Source: Eledone cirrhosa | Lineage: Eukaryota | Direction of reading: 5' to 3' | Assembly (NCBI GenBank): GCA_964016885.1 | Contig: OZ024744.1 | Span: 107,508,001-107,572,000 of the forward strand | DNA: 64,000 nt | In this document: positions 24,920 through 38,520 of the stretch, piece by piece | How positions within the stretch are numbered: position 1 is the stretch's first letter | Layout: each line of letters starts with the position of its first letter | Program-made: the position numbers and the translations under genes | The notes under the pieces: generated by a model | The model's database searches: none | What the model was told of the DNA's origin: nothing | What the model saw: only the letters and a program-made list of their open reading frames with translations

Positions 24920-25639
24920 GTTTGTTAACACATTGAGATCTTCTTCATAATCATCATCATCATTATCATCACTTTCCCTGCTAACAAAAGCTGGAGGGAT
25001 TGTGACAGACCAAGTCAGTCCTAAATCAGAGCTATTGACTTGGTTTAGGGATCATTACCTCACTCATATGTTCCCTTACTTTCCAAAGAGCACCTGATGT
25101 ATTTTATTGTAGTGCCAGCACTAGGGAGGTTGTCATGTCATTGAAACAGCTGAAGAGTCCTCCTGACTCCTTCTTTGGCAGATTTTTACAGCTAAATGCC
25201 TTTTCCATCACCACCACTTTATAGAGTGTACATCTCTTGAGTGTTTGGTTGCTGTACCATTACTGAAGCCTGCCTAACTTTTTTATGGCATAGCTTCTAT
25301 AGCTGAATGCTCTTCCTGTCACCAACTAACCATCTTACATGGTTACTGGGGGGCATTTTCTCTTAGAGGGATCAAATGCACTCAGTGCATTCTGTAAAGA
25401 GGTAGTGCTAGTACCATAATAAACTGCACCCAACCCATTCCCTAAAACGGCAGCACTGGTCCCATGATTAAATGTACCCAGTACACTATGTAAAGTGGTA
25501 ATAGTGATACAACGATAAACTTTCTAATGGGGCTGATGTTTTGCTCATAGGAACCAGACCATTGGAACATAGGAGAAATCTGAAGATTCTCTGACCTGTC
25601 TATTCTAAATTTAAACCACTTTAAATATTTAACTAATTC

Positions 25640-26370
25640 CTGAATTACTTAAATAATACACTAATCCCCTTCGAAGTAAACCCCTTGTGTCTCTACACTG
25701 AACTCTGTGATCCTTCCACTGCTTGAAGCTTGTCTGGAATGGCTCTCAGTACTGCTGTCACAGTCTGCATGATGTCTTCTCTGCTTTCAAAGTGGGAGCC
25801 TTTCAGTGGCATCTTCATTTTTGGGAACAATCAAAAGTCAGGAGTCTTTCTTTGCCAACAAACCCTAGATCAGTTGCAACAAATCTACCAATGTGTTGTC
25901 GTGATGCAGCTGCCGATTTGGGGAAGTTCAGATCTTGTCTCTTGCATTGAACTGCATCTCAAAAACATTGGACGACTTCCTGATAGTACACTCTTGTAAC
26001 TGTTTGTCTTGGTGTGTATTTGTGATACATAATGTCTCAGTTGTCAAAGAAAACAATCAACATTACAGGTGTGGTGTACCAGTGATGCTTTTTGGGGTAT
26101 TGATGATAGGTGCTTCCACTCTAAGACAGCTTTGGTTTCCAGGACATACCCATTTACCCATGTCACATCTTCAGTTATTGTAGTATTCAGGAACTTAGCT
26201 TGACAGTATCAGGCAAAATACAAATATGGTAATTGGTACATCACCTCACATGCCCATTGCTTGACAGTGACTCATGCATCTAGCAAGCTTGCCGAAGCCC
26301 TTTTGTGGCTCCACTCTATAAACTTTTGACTATGAGAAAAAATAAAGTTGGAAACATTTTTGACAAACCT
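25640..26370 (-). mobile_element. Degenerate mariner/Tc1 DNA transposon remnant
   Basis: Minus strand of about 25670-25800 reads FQTSFKQWK...C...(frameshift)QGVYFE, the mariner transposase C-terminal F.QW..RW.KC...G.YFE motif. Confidence 0.6.
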
Positions 26371-26426
26371 TAAATAACTTGTTTTTCTTCTGTCTTCTTT
26401 TTTAAACATTCTGTTCCTAAATCCAG

Positions 26427-26553
26427 GTTTTATCAGCAGCTCAAATAATTACTCAGGCTGTCCAGTCAATGTCTGGCCAGACAGCCACTACATCAGCCGA
26501 GAGTACACCAATCTCTATACCAGTTAGTGTCACACAACAGAAAGGACAAGTTG
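26427..26553 (+). CDS. Exon 6 in window
   Basis: cctaaatccag|GTT ... GTTG|gtaagg; 127 nt, phase 0-1. Encodes VLSAAQIITQAVQSMSGQTATTSAESTPISIPVSVTQQKGQV. Confidence 0.85.
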
Positions 26554-26612
26554 GTAAGGAAATATTCACTTTCTGTTTAATTTTATTTAACCAAACATAG
26601 CTCTGTGGTTAA

Positions 26613-29600
26613 CTCTTAACATCCTTGAAACCACATTAACAAGACATTGTTGAAAAGTACAAAACAGTACTATGACTGTATCACATTAACTGTTAACATC
26701 CTGTACCACATGAAACCACATTAACAAGACATTGTTGAAAAGTACAAAACAGTACTATGACTGTATCACATTAACTGTTAACATCCTGTACCACATGAAA
26801 CCTCATTAACAAGACATACTTGAAAAGTACAAAACAGTACTATGACTGTATCACATTAACTGTTAACATCCTGTACCACATGAAACCTCATTAACAAGAC
26901 ATTGTTGAAAAGTACAAAACAGTACTTTGACTGTATCACATTAACTGTTAACATCCTGTACCACATGAAACCTCATTAACAAGACATACTTGAAAAGTAC
27001 AAAACAGTACTATGACTGTATCACATTAACTCTTAACATCCTGTACCACATGAAACCACATTAACAAGACATACTTGAAAAGTACAAAACAGTACTATGA
27101 CTGTATCACATTAACTGTTAGCATCCTGTACCACATGAAACCACATTAACAAGACATTGTTGAAAAGTACAAAACAGTACTATGACTGTATCACATTAAC
27201 TGTTAGCATCCTGTACCACATGAAACCACATTAACAAGACATTGTTGAAAAGTACAAAACAGTGCAATGACTGTATCACATTAACTCTTAACATCCTGTA
27301 CCACATGAAACCACATTAACAAGACATACTTGAAAAGTACAAAACAGTACTATGACTGTATCACATTAACTGTTAGCATCCTGTACCACATGAAACCTCA
27401 TTAACAAGACATTGTTGAAAAGTACAAAACAGTACTATGACTGTATCACATTAACTGTTAGCATCCTGTACCACATGAAACCTCATTAACAAGACATACT
27501 TGAAAAGTACAAAACAGTACTATGACTGTATCACATTAACTGTTAGCATCCTGTACCACATGAAACCTCATTAACAAGACATTGTTGAAAAGTACAAAAC
27601 AGTACTATGACTGTATCACATTAACTGTTAGCATCCTGTACCACATGAAACCACATTAACAAGACATTGTTGAAAAGTACAAAACAGTACTTTGACTGTA
27701 TCACATTAACTGTTAGCATCCTGTACCACATGAAACCTCATTAACAAGACATTGTTGAAAAGTACAAAACAGTACTATGACTGTATCACATTAACTCTTA
27801 ACATCCTGTACCACATGAAACCACATTAACAAGACATTGTTGAAAAGTACAAAACAGTACTTTGACTGTATCACATTAACTATTAACATCCTGTACCACA
27901 TGAAACCACATTAACAAGACATTCTTGAAAAGTACAAAACAGTACTATGACTGTATCACATTAACTGTTAACATCCTGTACCACATGAAACCACATTAAC
28001 AAGACATTGTTGAAAAGTACAAAACAGTACTATGACTGTATCACATTAACTATTAACATCCTGTACCACATGAAACCACATTAACAAGACATTGTTGAAA
28101 AGTACAAAACAGTACTATGACTGTATCACATTAACTGTTAACATCCTGTACCACATGAAACCACACTAACAAGACATTGTTGAAAAGTACAAAACAGTAC
28201 TATGACTGTATCACATTAACTGTTAACATCCTGTACCACATGAAACTACATTAACAAGACATTGTTGAAAAGTACAAAACAGTACTTTGACTGTATCACA
28301 TTAACTGTTAACATCTTGTACCACATGAAACCACATTAACAAGACATTGTTGAAAAGTACAAAACAGTACTTTGACTATATCACATTAACTGTTAACATC
28401 CTGTACCACATGAAACCACACTAACAAGACATTGTTGAAAAGTACAAAACAGTACTATGACTGTATCACATTAACTATTAACATCCTGTACCACATGAAA
28501 CCACATTAACAAGACATTGTTGAAAAGTACAAAACAGTACTATGACTGTATCACATTAACTCTTAACATCCTGTACCACATGAAACCACATTAACAAGAC
28601 ATTGTTGAAAAGTACAAAACAGTACTTTGACTGTATCACATTAACTGTTAACATCCTGTACCACATGAAACCACATTAACAAGACATACTTGAAAAGTAC
28701 AAAACAGTACTATGACTGTATCACATTAACTCTTAACATCCTGTACCACATGAAACCACATTAACAAGACATTGTTGAAAAGTACAAAACAGTACTATGA
28801 CTGTATCACATTAACTATTAACATCCTGTACCACATGAAACCACATTAACAAGACATACTTGAAAAGTACAAAACAGTACTATGACTGTATCACATTAAC
28901 TGTTAGCATCCTGTACCACATGAAACCACATTAACAAGACATTGTTGAAAAGTACAAAACAGTACTATGACTGTATCACATTAACTGTTAGCATCCTGTA
29001 CCACATGAAACCACATTAACAAGACATTGTTGAAAAGTACAAAACAGTACTATGACTGTATCACATTAACTGTTAGCATCCTGTACCACATGAAACCACA
29101 TTAACAAGACATTGTTGAAAAGTACAAAACAGTACTATGACTGTATCACATTAACTGTTAACATCCTGTACCACATGAAACCACATTAACAAGACATTGT
29201 TGAAAAGTACAAAACAGTACTATGACTGTATCACATTAACTGTTAGCATCCTGTACCACATGAAACCACATTAACAAGACATTGTTGAAAAGTACAAAAC
29301 AGTACAATGACTGTATCACATTAACTCTTAACATCCTGTACCACATGAAACCACATTAACAAGACATTGTTGAAAAGTACAAAACAGTACTATGACTGTA
29401 TCACATTAACTGTTAGCATCCTGTACCACATGAAACCACATTAACAAGACATTGTTGAAAAGTACAAAACAGTACTATGACTGTATCACATTAACTGTTA
29501 GCATCCTGTACCACATGAAACCACATTAACAAGACATTGTTGAAAAGTACAAAACAGTACTTTGACTGTATGACATTAACTCTTAACATCCTGTACCACA

Positions 29601-30684
29601 TGAAACCACATTAACAAGACATTGTTGAAAAGTACAAAACAGTACTATGACTGTATCACATTAACTGTTAACATCCTGTACCACATGAAACCACATTAAC
29701 AAGACATTGTTGAAAAGTACAAAACAGTACTATGACTGTATCACATTAACTGTTAGCATCCTGTACCACATGAAACCACATTAACAAGACATTGTTGAAA
29801 AGTACAAAACAGTACAATGACTGTATCACATTAACTCTTAACATCCTGTACCACATGAAACCACATTAACAAGACATTGTTGAAAAGTACAAAACAGTAC
29901 TATGACTGTATCACATTAACTGTTAGCATCCTGTACCACATGAAACCACATTAACAAGACATTGTTGAAAAGTACAAAACAGTACTATGACTGTATCACA
30001 TTAACTGTTAGCATCCTGTACCACATGAAACCACATTAACAAGACATTGTTGAAAAGTACAAAACAGTACTTTGACTGTATGGCATTAACTCTTAACATC
30101 CTGTACCACATGAAACCACATTAACAAGACATTGTTGAAAAGTACAAAACAGTACTATGACTATATCACATTAACTGTTAACATCCTGTACCACATGAAA
30201 CCACATTAACAAGACATTGTTGAAAAGTACAAAACAGTACTATGACTGTATCACATTAACTGTTAACATCCTGTACCACATGAAACCACATTAACAAGAC
30301 ATTGTTGAAAAGTACAAAACAGTACTATGACTGTATCACATTAACTGTTAACATCCTGTACCACATGAAACCACATTAACAAGACATTGTTGAAAAGTAC
30401 AAAACAGTACTATGACTGTATCACATTAACTGTTAACATCCTGTACCACATGAAACCACATTAACAAGACATTGTTGAAAAGTACAAAACAGTACTATGA
30501 CTGTATCACATTAACTCTTAACATCCTGTACCACATGAAACCACATTAACAAGACATTGTTGAAAAGTACAAAACAGTACTATGACTGTATCACATTAAC
30601 TGTTAACATCCTGTACCACATGAAACCACATTAACAAGACATTGTTGAAAAGTACAAAACAGTACTATGACTGTATCACATTAA
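26613..30684. repeat. 85-bp tandem satellite, about 48 copies
   Basis: Unit ttaacatcctgtaccacatgaaaccacattaacaagacattgttgaaaagtacaaaacagtactatgactgtatcacattaactg. Register recurs every 1020 bp (12 x 85). Confidence 0.98.
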
Positions 30685-32160
30685 AAATTAGTCATCATCA
30701 ATTAGTATAAGTTTTTCTGTGATAGCAAGGGCTGGTGTTTACTCTAATACAGCACAATGATCTGTCACTAGAGTTAGATATAATAGAGTTTTACTGATTA
30801 ATTAATTGGTATTGGCCACTTTGCCAATTAATCAGTATCAGGGTTGTTGATGTCTCTCCTCCTCCCAGGTGATTCCACCCCAGTACTCTGCACACTCAAC
30901 CTGTTTCTTCCCAGTGTCATCTCCTCAGCATTCCCCATCTTTACCCTCATGGGAGACAGTATAAAGTAGAGAAGTGGTTTGGGGGGGGTAATGGAGCGTT
31001 GGCTGCCAACTTAGAGAGGATGGTGACGGTGAGCGTAAGTGGAGGCTTGTACATCACCCAATGAGTTCCATTTTTGGCATGGCTTCTTCTGCCAACCACC
31101 TTATAAGGGGTATTATGTGTGTTTTATGTAGCACTAACACTACTACTTTACAGGGTGTACTTGGGACATTTTATCGTAGCACCAGAACTAGAGAGGTTTT
31201 CACATTGCCAAGCCAAACTGAAGGGTCTTTTGTTTTTAAGCAAGAAAATCATGTGTGACTAAGAGATTCAGAAAACACATTGGATTCAATATGTTGAAAT
31301 ACATAAGAAAGATATATTATTTCTTATAACTCACAATCTGAGATCATCAATTTAATGTAACTGGAAATTACTTGGGACTACCCAGGGAATGAAGAGAATA
31401 GAACCAGTGATGGATATTCATTATTATCATTTAATGTCTGTTTTCCTTACTAACAAGAGTTGGACAGGTCTTCAAAGACTTAGTACTCATAAAAAGATAC
31501 TGACTTCTCACATGGCAGGTGCATCAGTATTAGGGATCTCTTTCACACAATTGAAACATACTCCCAACACATTTTTTAGAAAGCTTTCTTTGGCTAGATG
31601 TCCTTTCTATCACTCTACAGAGTGTACTAGGTGCATTTATATTTATCAACACAAAAGAGGTTGCCATGTCTGTCACACAACAGAAGAGTCCTCTCAACCC
31701 TTTTTGGCATGGATTCTTCAACAGGATGCCATTCCTATCACCAGTCACCTTATAGGGTATATTGGGTGCATTTTTCATGGCTTCAGCACTAAAGAGGTTG
31801 TCAGTCATAGTCTCAAATATAGGGCTCTTTCTATCTTACAGTGAGGAGAGGACAATAAGTATTATGTCATGTGTGTATGACAAATGTGGTGGGATTTGAT
31901 AATGGCAGGGGGGGTATTGTGATAATAACAGCAACTTAGGAGTGAAATTGGAAAATTGAATGAGATGGTTGGGTCATGTGTTGAAGATGGTGAAAACAGA
32001 CGACCTTAAAACCAGTGGGTGTTTGTGAGGGAGAATGCAAACGATAGAGGAAATGGCAAAGCTTATCATGAAGCCTGGAAAACTAACCCCTGGTTTAGCA
32101 AGGAAAATGGCCTATAGCACAAAAAATTAATATATGATATTTTACATTATTCCTCACCAG

Positions 32161-32241
32161 GCAAAACTGCTTTCAGCCACATTAAACAGCTTCAGTACCA
32201 ACAAATTCCACGACGAGCTCTTCAAACACAGAAAGTTCCAA
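32161..32241 (+). CDS. Exon 7 in window
   Basis: ttcctcaccag|GC ... CCAA|gtaagt; 81 nt, phase 1-1. Encodes (G)KTAFSHIKQLQYQQIPRRALQTQKVP. Confidence 0.8.
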
Positions 32242-32369
32242 GTAAGTTTACTTTTATTTTTTTCTCTTTTCCTACTTGACCTCCTTCCACCGTTGAGACG
32301 GCCGTTCAGTTATGTTTATGACCAACAACTTTTCTAGTGTTGGCGCTACAATAAAGCACTCACATAATG

Positions 32370-33360
32370 TCTGTTTTACTTGCTAGCAAGTGTTGAACAG
32401 GTATTCACAGGTGAAGTCAGAACTTAATTTGAGATAGGCAGCTGTTGCACATCTCCTATATGTTTTTGCACTCTACAGAATGCACCAGGTGATTTTATCC
32501 TGGCATCACCACTAGGGAGATTGTTATGTCTTCGACAATTGAATTGTATTCTTGAACCTTACTTTGGTAAGTTTTCTATGGCAGGATGCCTTTCCTATCT
32601 TTAATCATTTTACAGAATGTACTGGGTGCATTTATGATGGCATGAGCATTAGTGAGGTTGTCAGTCATAGACTTGACTGAAGGGCCCTCCCTACTCTATA
32701 AACAATAGGTGAGGGAAGAATAGGTGTATGACAGGTGTGTGAGTTTCAAGTGGATGTAGGGCATGAAAGGGTCATGTCACATTCTTATGTTCATAGGCAG
32801 GTCTCTTTCAGAGCAGCATGTTGCAAATTCTTGTGGTCCTTTGTCACCTCTGTCATGGAGTTCAGCTTCCTATGGTTGAACTTCACCACATCTTCCTAGG
32901 TCTACTTTTTCCATGAGTCCCATCCATTTACATTTCTTTGCACTTCTTTATGCAGCTGTTATCTTCCATATGCATCATATGTCCATACCATTGCTGTTTT
33001 CTCACTTACACACTGCACCAGACCTCTCTTATACAGGCTTGCTTATACTACGTCATTCATGCACACTGATATTACACATTCATCACAGTATACCCACATC
33101 ATTTCTTTCTAACTTTCTCAAGTCTTCTGCAATTAAGGCCCATATCTCATTGCCATGTAACATTGCCGTTCACATTTAGACATTATACCATCTACCCTTT
33201 ACACTGAGGGAGGAGCCCTAAGTTGTCAGCTGAGGTACTAACTCTTAAACTTCTTTAGTGTTCTTACCCTGGCTCTCACACTTTCACATATTCCTCCCCT
33301 ACTGTTGATTAGGTACCCTAATCAGATATTCCTCCCCTACTGTTGATTAGGTACCCTAAG
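32370..33360 (-). mobile_element. RTE LINE 3' fragment of the same family as 7177-15310, with an unexpanded 48-bp unit
   Basis: 33121-33220 tctgcaattaaggcccatatctcattgccatgtaacattgccgttcacatttagacattataccatctaccctttacactgag is homologous to one satellite unit plus the 13941-13980 flank. Confidence 0.8.
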
Positions 33361-33421
33361 AAACACAAATGATAAACAACTACTATATCTTTATTAATTT
33401 TCCTTGTCTTTTCGTTTTTAG

Positions 33422-34428
33422 TTGCTGGCAAAACTGCACTATCACTCGGGACTCCCTCTGCGGTACAGATCATTCCAACTTCAAAATCTTTCACAGTCCA
33501 CCAAATTAACCAGATGATAAAAGGGCAGCCAATTATTACGACAACACCACCAACCATAATTGCAGCTATGAATCAGGCACAGTCAGCAGCAGCAGGAGGC
33601 CCTCATATGGTAACTAAAGTTACTTTACCTACAGGATCAACACCTTCACAAATACACAGTATTGCTGCTTCTCCGATTAGCATCACACAGGGGTCTGCAG
33701 TAACCCCTGCTCTTCCAACTAGCAACAGAACTGTAAGCACTTTAGCCCAGAACAGCGCAACTGTTGTAAAAACCACACTGGCCTCTTCTCCGATCAACAT
33801 CACACAGGGTCCTACTGTAACTCCTGCTCTTCCGACTAGCGGCAGAACTGTAAACACTTTAGCCCAGAACAGCCCCCCAACTGTGGTAAAAACCACACTG
33901 GCTCACCATGATAGTGGTAGTGTCCAACTCCATGCTGTACATACAACTCTGCCTCAAGCTACAAAGTTGTCCACTACCATGTCACCTCCATCTGTGGCTT
34001 TGTTACAATCACCACAGTCATTACAGCAGCAATTGCAGATGACATTAGCTAGCCATATGCAGTCAAGTGCTGTTGTTGTGGCTTCTTCTTCTTCGTCTTC
34101 GTCTTCGTCTTCTTCTTCTTCTTCTTCTTCTTCTTCGTCTTCTTCAACATCGCAGTCACAACCACCATCATCAGTTGTATCGACTGCCGTCACAGTGGCT
34201 CCAACAACAACACAGCCAACTGTCCACCCTAACCATTCACAACTCACTGGAGCTGTTGTAGTCAGTAGCCAGCCTTCTGTCCAACAACAACAACAGCAGC
34301 AGCAGCAGCAGCAGCAGCAACAGCAACAGCAACAACAACAGCAACAACAACAACAACAACAGCAACAACAACCACAGCAGAAACCATCTCACTATGCTAT
34401 GAGAACACGCAATACACCAAAACATTAA
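33422..34428 (+). CDS. Terminal coding exon (poly-S, poly-Q, ends SHYAMRTRNTPKH*)
   Basis: Strong polypyrimidine acceptor ttttcgtttttag|TT, phase 1, in frame with ORF 33514-34428. The eight exons sum to 2184 nt, which is 727 codons plus a stop. Confidence 0.9.
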
Positions 34429-34435
34429 AATGTTT

Positions 34436-34660
34436 GAAATTTGAAATGTGTGTGTCCCAATGTAAATAACTATAACAATAGTTGATACTATAAATAATAG
34501 TTGAATAAATTGGGTAAAGTATTCCTGGAAACCGAATAGAGTGGACAGGGGTGCCTGCATCCACTTAATTCCGTCCCCAGGAGTACTTTATCCAATTTTC
34601 TCAACTATTGTTTTAGTTATTTACATTGGGACACAGGACACACATATTGGAAATTTTCCC
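34436..34660. mobile_element. Palindromic MITE-like element at the start of the 3' UTR
   Basis: tgtgtcccaatgtaaataactataacaatagttga (34451-34485) pairs with tcaactattgttttagttatttacattgggacaca (34601-34635). Inner arms are aattgggtaaagtattcctgg / ccaggagtactttatccaatt. Another arm copy is at 22650-22745. Confidence 0.8.
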
Positions 34661-34891
34661 AAAGATTTTTGAGTCAACCGGATGTTCACAAAAAGTTAGT
34701 TATTTTATTAAATTTCTCATAACTTTTTATTATTTTCTAAATTTATTGATACACGTAGACTGTGTATTCCATTAAAACCACGGTAACAAAAGGGTTAAAA
34801 AAAACTGTGTATATATATATTTCATGATTGTTTAAGTTTTATATTGTTCACCCTTTTCTTGTAATGTTGGTCTTCTTATTTCATAGATGAA

Positions 34892-34897
34892 AATAAA
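34892..34897 (+). promoter_or_regulatory. Candidate polyadenylation signal
   Basis: AATAAA followed by a GT/T-rich tract (ctgtgtttgtgttttt). An alternative AATAAA is at 34504-34509. Confidence 0.45.
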
Positions 34898-36082
34898 ATA
34901 GGTAAACTGTGTTTGTGTTTTTCAATATATCGTCATCATACATCTGTTTTCCATGCTTGCGTTAGTTAGACAGGTTGTCACATTAGGAGGCTAGACAGGC
35001 CAGGTACCAGTATCTCACATATACCTTCCATGGTTTCTATAGCTACATGCCCTTCTTAACACTAACAAAATTGCAGCATCTACCAGGTGCACCACTTAAC
35101 AGGCTAGACTGGGTGCTTTTATCATGGCACCAACCTTACCATTTTACAGAGTGGGCTGGGTGCTTTTTTATCGTGGCATCAGTTCTACCACCTTTCAAAG
35201 GTAGACTGGGCACTTTACAGAATCAACTGGGTGTATTATATTGTGGCAGGACTAAGCAGGTTAGTGATATGCCATAATACAAAGACCTGTCCGCCAGCTC
35301 AAGCTCTGAATAAATGTTGCACCTATGAACTCACAGGAAAAGTACTGAATGTTGTTAGGACATTAGCAGCATTTAGCAAATCCACTGCTGATGATGACAT
35401 TTTTGAAAAGGACACAGAAATAGTGTGGATCATGTACAAGTCTAGGATGTCATAATAATATACTGTTATAGTGTGATTCACTGAGTAGTTAATCTTATTG
35501 AAAATGCTCGAAAAACCTTGCCGCTTGAAGCTTAGACTGAAAAAAGGTTTCTGTGGATGGTGCAAGTTTATGTGCCAAATAGAAAGCCAGAATACGGATC
35601 CTTCCTTGATGAACTCACTGCAGGGTTAGATATAGTTAAAACTGAGTCATATACCCTAATAGGAGACTTCAATGTACATATTGGCACTGTCCTCCTGACA
35701 TGGAAAATAGTGAATGGCAATCCAAATTTAAATACAGTTAGTGAGGCCTTAGACTTCTGTTCTTGTAACGGGCTCTCTATTATGAACACCTTCTTCCAGC
35801 ACAGAGACATCCATAAATATACATAATAAGGTCTTTGAGAAATCGTGGGAGTATTTCCAATAGGTGAATTCTTATTTTGTAGACCCTGCAAAGGCATATG
35901 AGCATGTTAAAGGACCTGCTGTGGAAGGTTCTGCAGAAGTATGGAATCAATGCTCAGCTCTTTACTGCCTGATGTATCTACACGGATGCTCGAGTATTTG
36001 TGTTCAGATAAATGGTGCTAAATGTGGGAGTCGGACTCCACCAAGGGTGTGTACTGTCACCTCTCCTGTTCATTATTTACAT

Positions 36083-36268
36083 AGGGCGGTGGATTGGCAG
36101 TATCGGTAGAGGGTCGGACGCCATGCTTTCCAGCATAGTTACGTCCCTTTACGATCAGAGTTCAAATCCCGCCGAGGTTGACTCTGCCTTTCATCCTTAC
36201 AGGGTCGATAAAATAAAGTACCAGTAATGCACTGGGTAATTGCTGGCCTTGTGCCAAAAGTAGAAACA
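36083..36268 (+). mobile_element. Full-length tRNA-derived SINE inserted in the LINE RT, with 11-bp TSD
   Basis: A box tggcagtatcgg and B box gagttcaaatcc. ATTATTTACAT occurs at 36072-36082 and 36269-36279. It splits the reading LLFIIY|MNRID. Confidence 0.9.
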
Positions 36269-36801
36269 ATTATTTACATGAACAGGATTGACATGCACAG
36301 CCAGGATGGGAGTGGTATCATGACTGGCAGGTGTAAAATCAATTGGTTGGAATTTGCAGACGACATGGTGCTTCTTGATAGGTGATCTCTGCCTTGCACT
36401 TGATAGGTTTTATGCTGAGTGCTGTGAAAACTGAGACAGTCGTCCTCTCAAGGAAGCCTGCGTAGTGCGCACACTACATGTAAATGGAGTTCCACTGAAG
36501 CAGGTGGAGAAGTTAAGTATCTCAGGGTTGTGTTCGTGAGTGATGGAGGACAGGAGGCTGGATGAAATGGAAGAATTATAGGAGCTGGTGCAGTAATGCG
36601 CCAGCTTCAGCATTCAGTAATCAGAAGAAAGGAGGTAGGTGTAAAAAACAATTCTGTTTTTGTGCCAACCCTTACCTATGGTCATGAATCTTGGGTAATG
36701 CTCGAAAGAATACGATTGCGAATATAAGCGGCCAAAATGAGATTCCTCCGAAGAGTCTTTGTAGATCAGAGGGTCACTTGAGGTAGAGTCACTACTTCTC
36801 A

Positions 36802-37383
36802 GAATTGAGAGATCACAGCTCTGATACTATGGGCATGTGGTTAGAATGTATCAGGAAAGAATCACTGAATTGAGAGATCACAGCTCTGATACTATGGGCA
36901 TGTGGTTAGAATGTATCAGGAAAGAATCACTGAATTGAGAGATCACAGCTCTGATACTATGGGCATGTGGTTAGAATGTATCAGGAAAGAATCACTGAAT
37001 TGAGAGATCACAGCTCTGATACTATGGGCATGTGGTTAGAATGTATCAGGAAAGAATCACTGAATTGAGAGATCACAGCTCCGATGCTATGGGCATGTGG
37101 TTAGAATGTATCAGGAAAGAATCACTGAATTGAGAGATCACAGCTCTGATACTATGGGCATGTGGTTAGAATGTATCAGGAAAGAATCACTGAATTGAGA
37201 GATCACAGCTCTGATACTACAGACATGTGGTTAGAATGTATCAGGAAAGAATCACTGAATTGAGAGATCACAGCTCTGATACTATGGGCATGTGGTTAGA
37301 ATGTATCAGGAAAGAATCACTGAATTGAGAGATCACAGCTCTGATACTATGGGCATGTGGTTAGAATGTATCAGGAAAGAATC
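36802..37383. repeat. 65-bp tandem repeat, about 9 copies, inside the RTE LINE
   Basis: Unit gaattgagagatcacagctctgatactatgggcatgtggttagaatgtatcaggaaagaatcact translates as RIERSQL*YYGHVVRMYQER. Confidence 0.97.
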
Positions 37384-38130
37384 TCTGGACAGATTTTACA
37401 GGCAAAACTTACCAGTAGGAGACCGAGGGAAGATGATGAGCAAAATGGTTGGATAACATCCATGAGCATGGCTGGTCTCAGCTGGATGGTTGCTTCTGAC
37501 AGGGCCTGCTAGAAGGAGTGTTTGAGGACTCAACCTTCAAAGGATTAAGTGGACGAAGAAGGTTTTGCTCATAATTTGAGGATATAAATTGTTTTCATAG
37601 AGCCAAAGTATAAACAAAATATTTGAGAACTGGAACCACAGGCGCTGATCTCTCTCTCTCTTTCTATAAAAGCATGAAATTAAATAAGAAATGTTGGCAT
37701 TTGCTGCTGCAACTCGCTCTCGCTCTCTCTCTCTCTCTATATATATATAGTTAGAGAAGCCAATGAAACGGTCGTAAATACCTGGATAAAATCCTTCTCT
37801 TAATGCTTACCTGTGTTTTCTCTTTTATATATATATATATATAATTGTTTCTACTTTAGGCACAAGGCCAGCAATTACCCAGTGCATTACTGGTACTTTA
37901 TTTTATCGACCCCGTGTGTGTGTGTGTGTGTGTGTGTAGCATACCCACTTTTACCATCACACAGCAAACAAGTAGATAGACAAATAGAAAGTCATTCATG
38001 CCATAATGTCTCAAGTAAGCTCCATGAGAGCTGCAATGTTCTGTAGAATGCTCAGCTACTTACACATTAGTTTGAGGGGCAGGCTGTTCCTATAACCAGA
38101 CAACTACAACAGATGAAAACCTCACAAGTA

Positions 38131-38293
38131 TATATAAACAAGAAGTGTAAGTGAACAGGTTAAAATTAACTTTGTTTCTTCATATTTGCTTGTATATATA
38201 TTTCGGTGATAACCATTATGCAACAGCTATGACCTCAACAGACAGCTACAATTTAAACAGTAAAATATAAATATGGAATAAAGCTGTTATTTC

Positions 38294-38331
<38 letters not shown>

Positions 38332-38520
38332 GTTCAGTGCTGACATTTGGTGGTGTTTTCTCAAGCTTTATTCCATATTTATGTTTTTCTGTTCAAATTC
38401 TAGCTGTTTGATGAGCTCATAGCTGTTGCATAATGGTTATCACCAAAATATATATAATAGCAACTATGAATAAACAAAGTTAATTTTAACCTGTTGACTT
38501 ACACTTCTTGTTTATAAATA
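38131..38520. mobile_element. Foldback/MITE with about 155-bp inverted arms
   Basis: 38131-38286 (tataaacaagaagtgtaagtgaacaggttaaaattaactttg...) is the near reverse complement of 38363-38520. A poly-T run lies in the loop. Confidence 0.85.

Larger units (their letters stand above)
35500..37562 (+). mobile_element. Degenerate, internally deleted RTE (Expander-like) LINE
   Basis: APE motifs VQVYVPN, LIGDFNVHIG and NTFFQHRDIHKYT. RT motifs FVDPAKAY, GLHQGCVLSPLLF, FADDMVLL and TLTYGHESW. Ends gtggacgaagaag. Confidence 0.85.

Noticed and set aside
33603-34560. Antisense poly-E/D and poly-L ORFs
   Set aside because: Shadows of the poly-S and poly-Q codon runs of the real + strand exon.
36083-36268. 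tRNA genes at the SINE heads (also 19536 and 40383)
   Set aside because: A/B boxes are present, but no cloverleaf is evident. They are followed by SINE bodies, and the 36083 and 40383 copies have TSDs.
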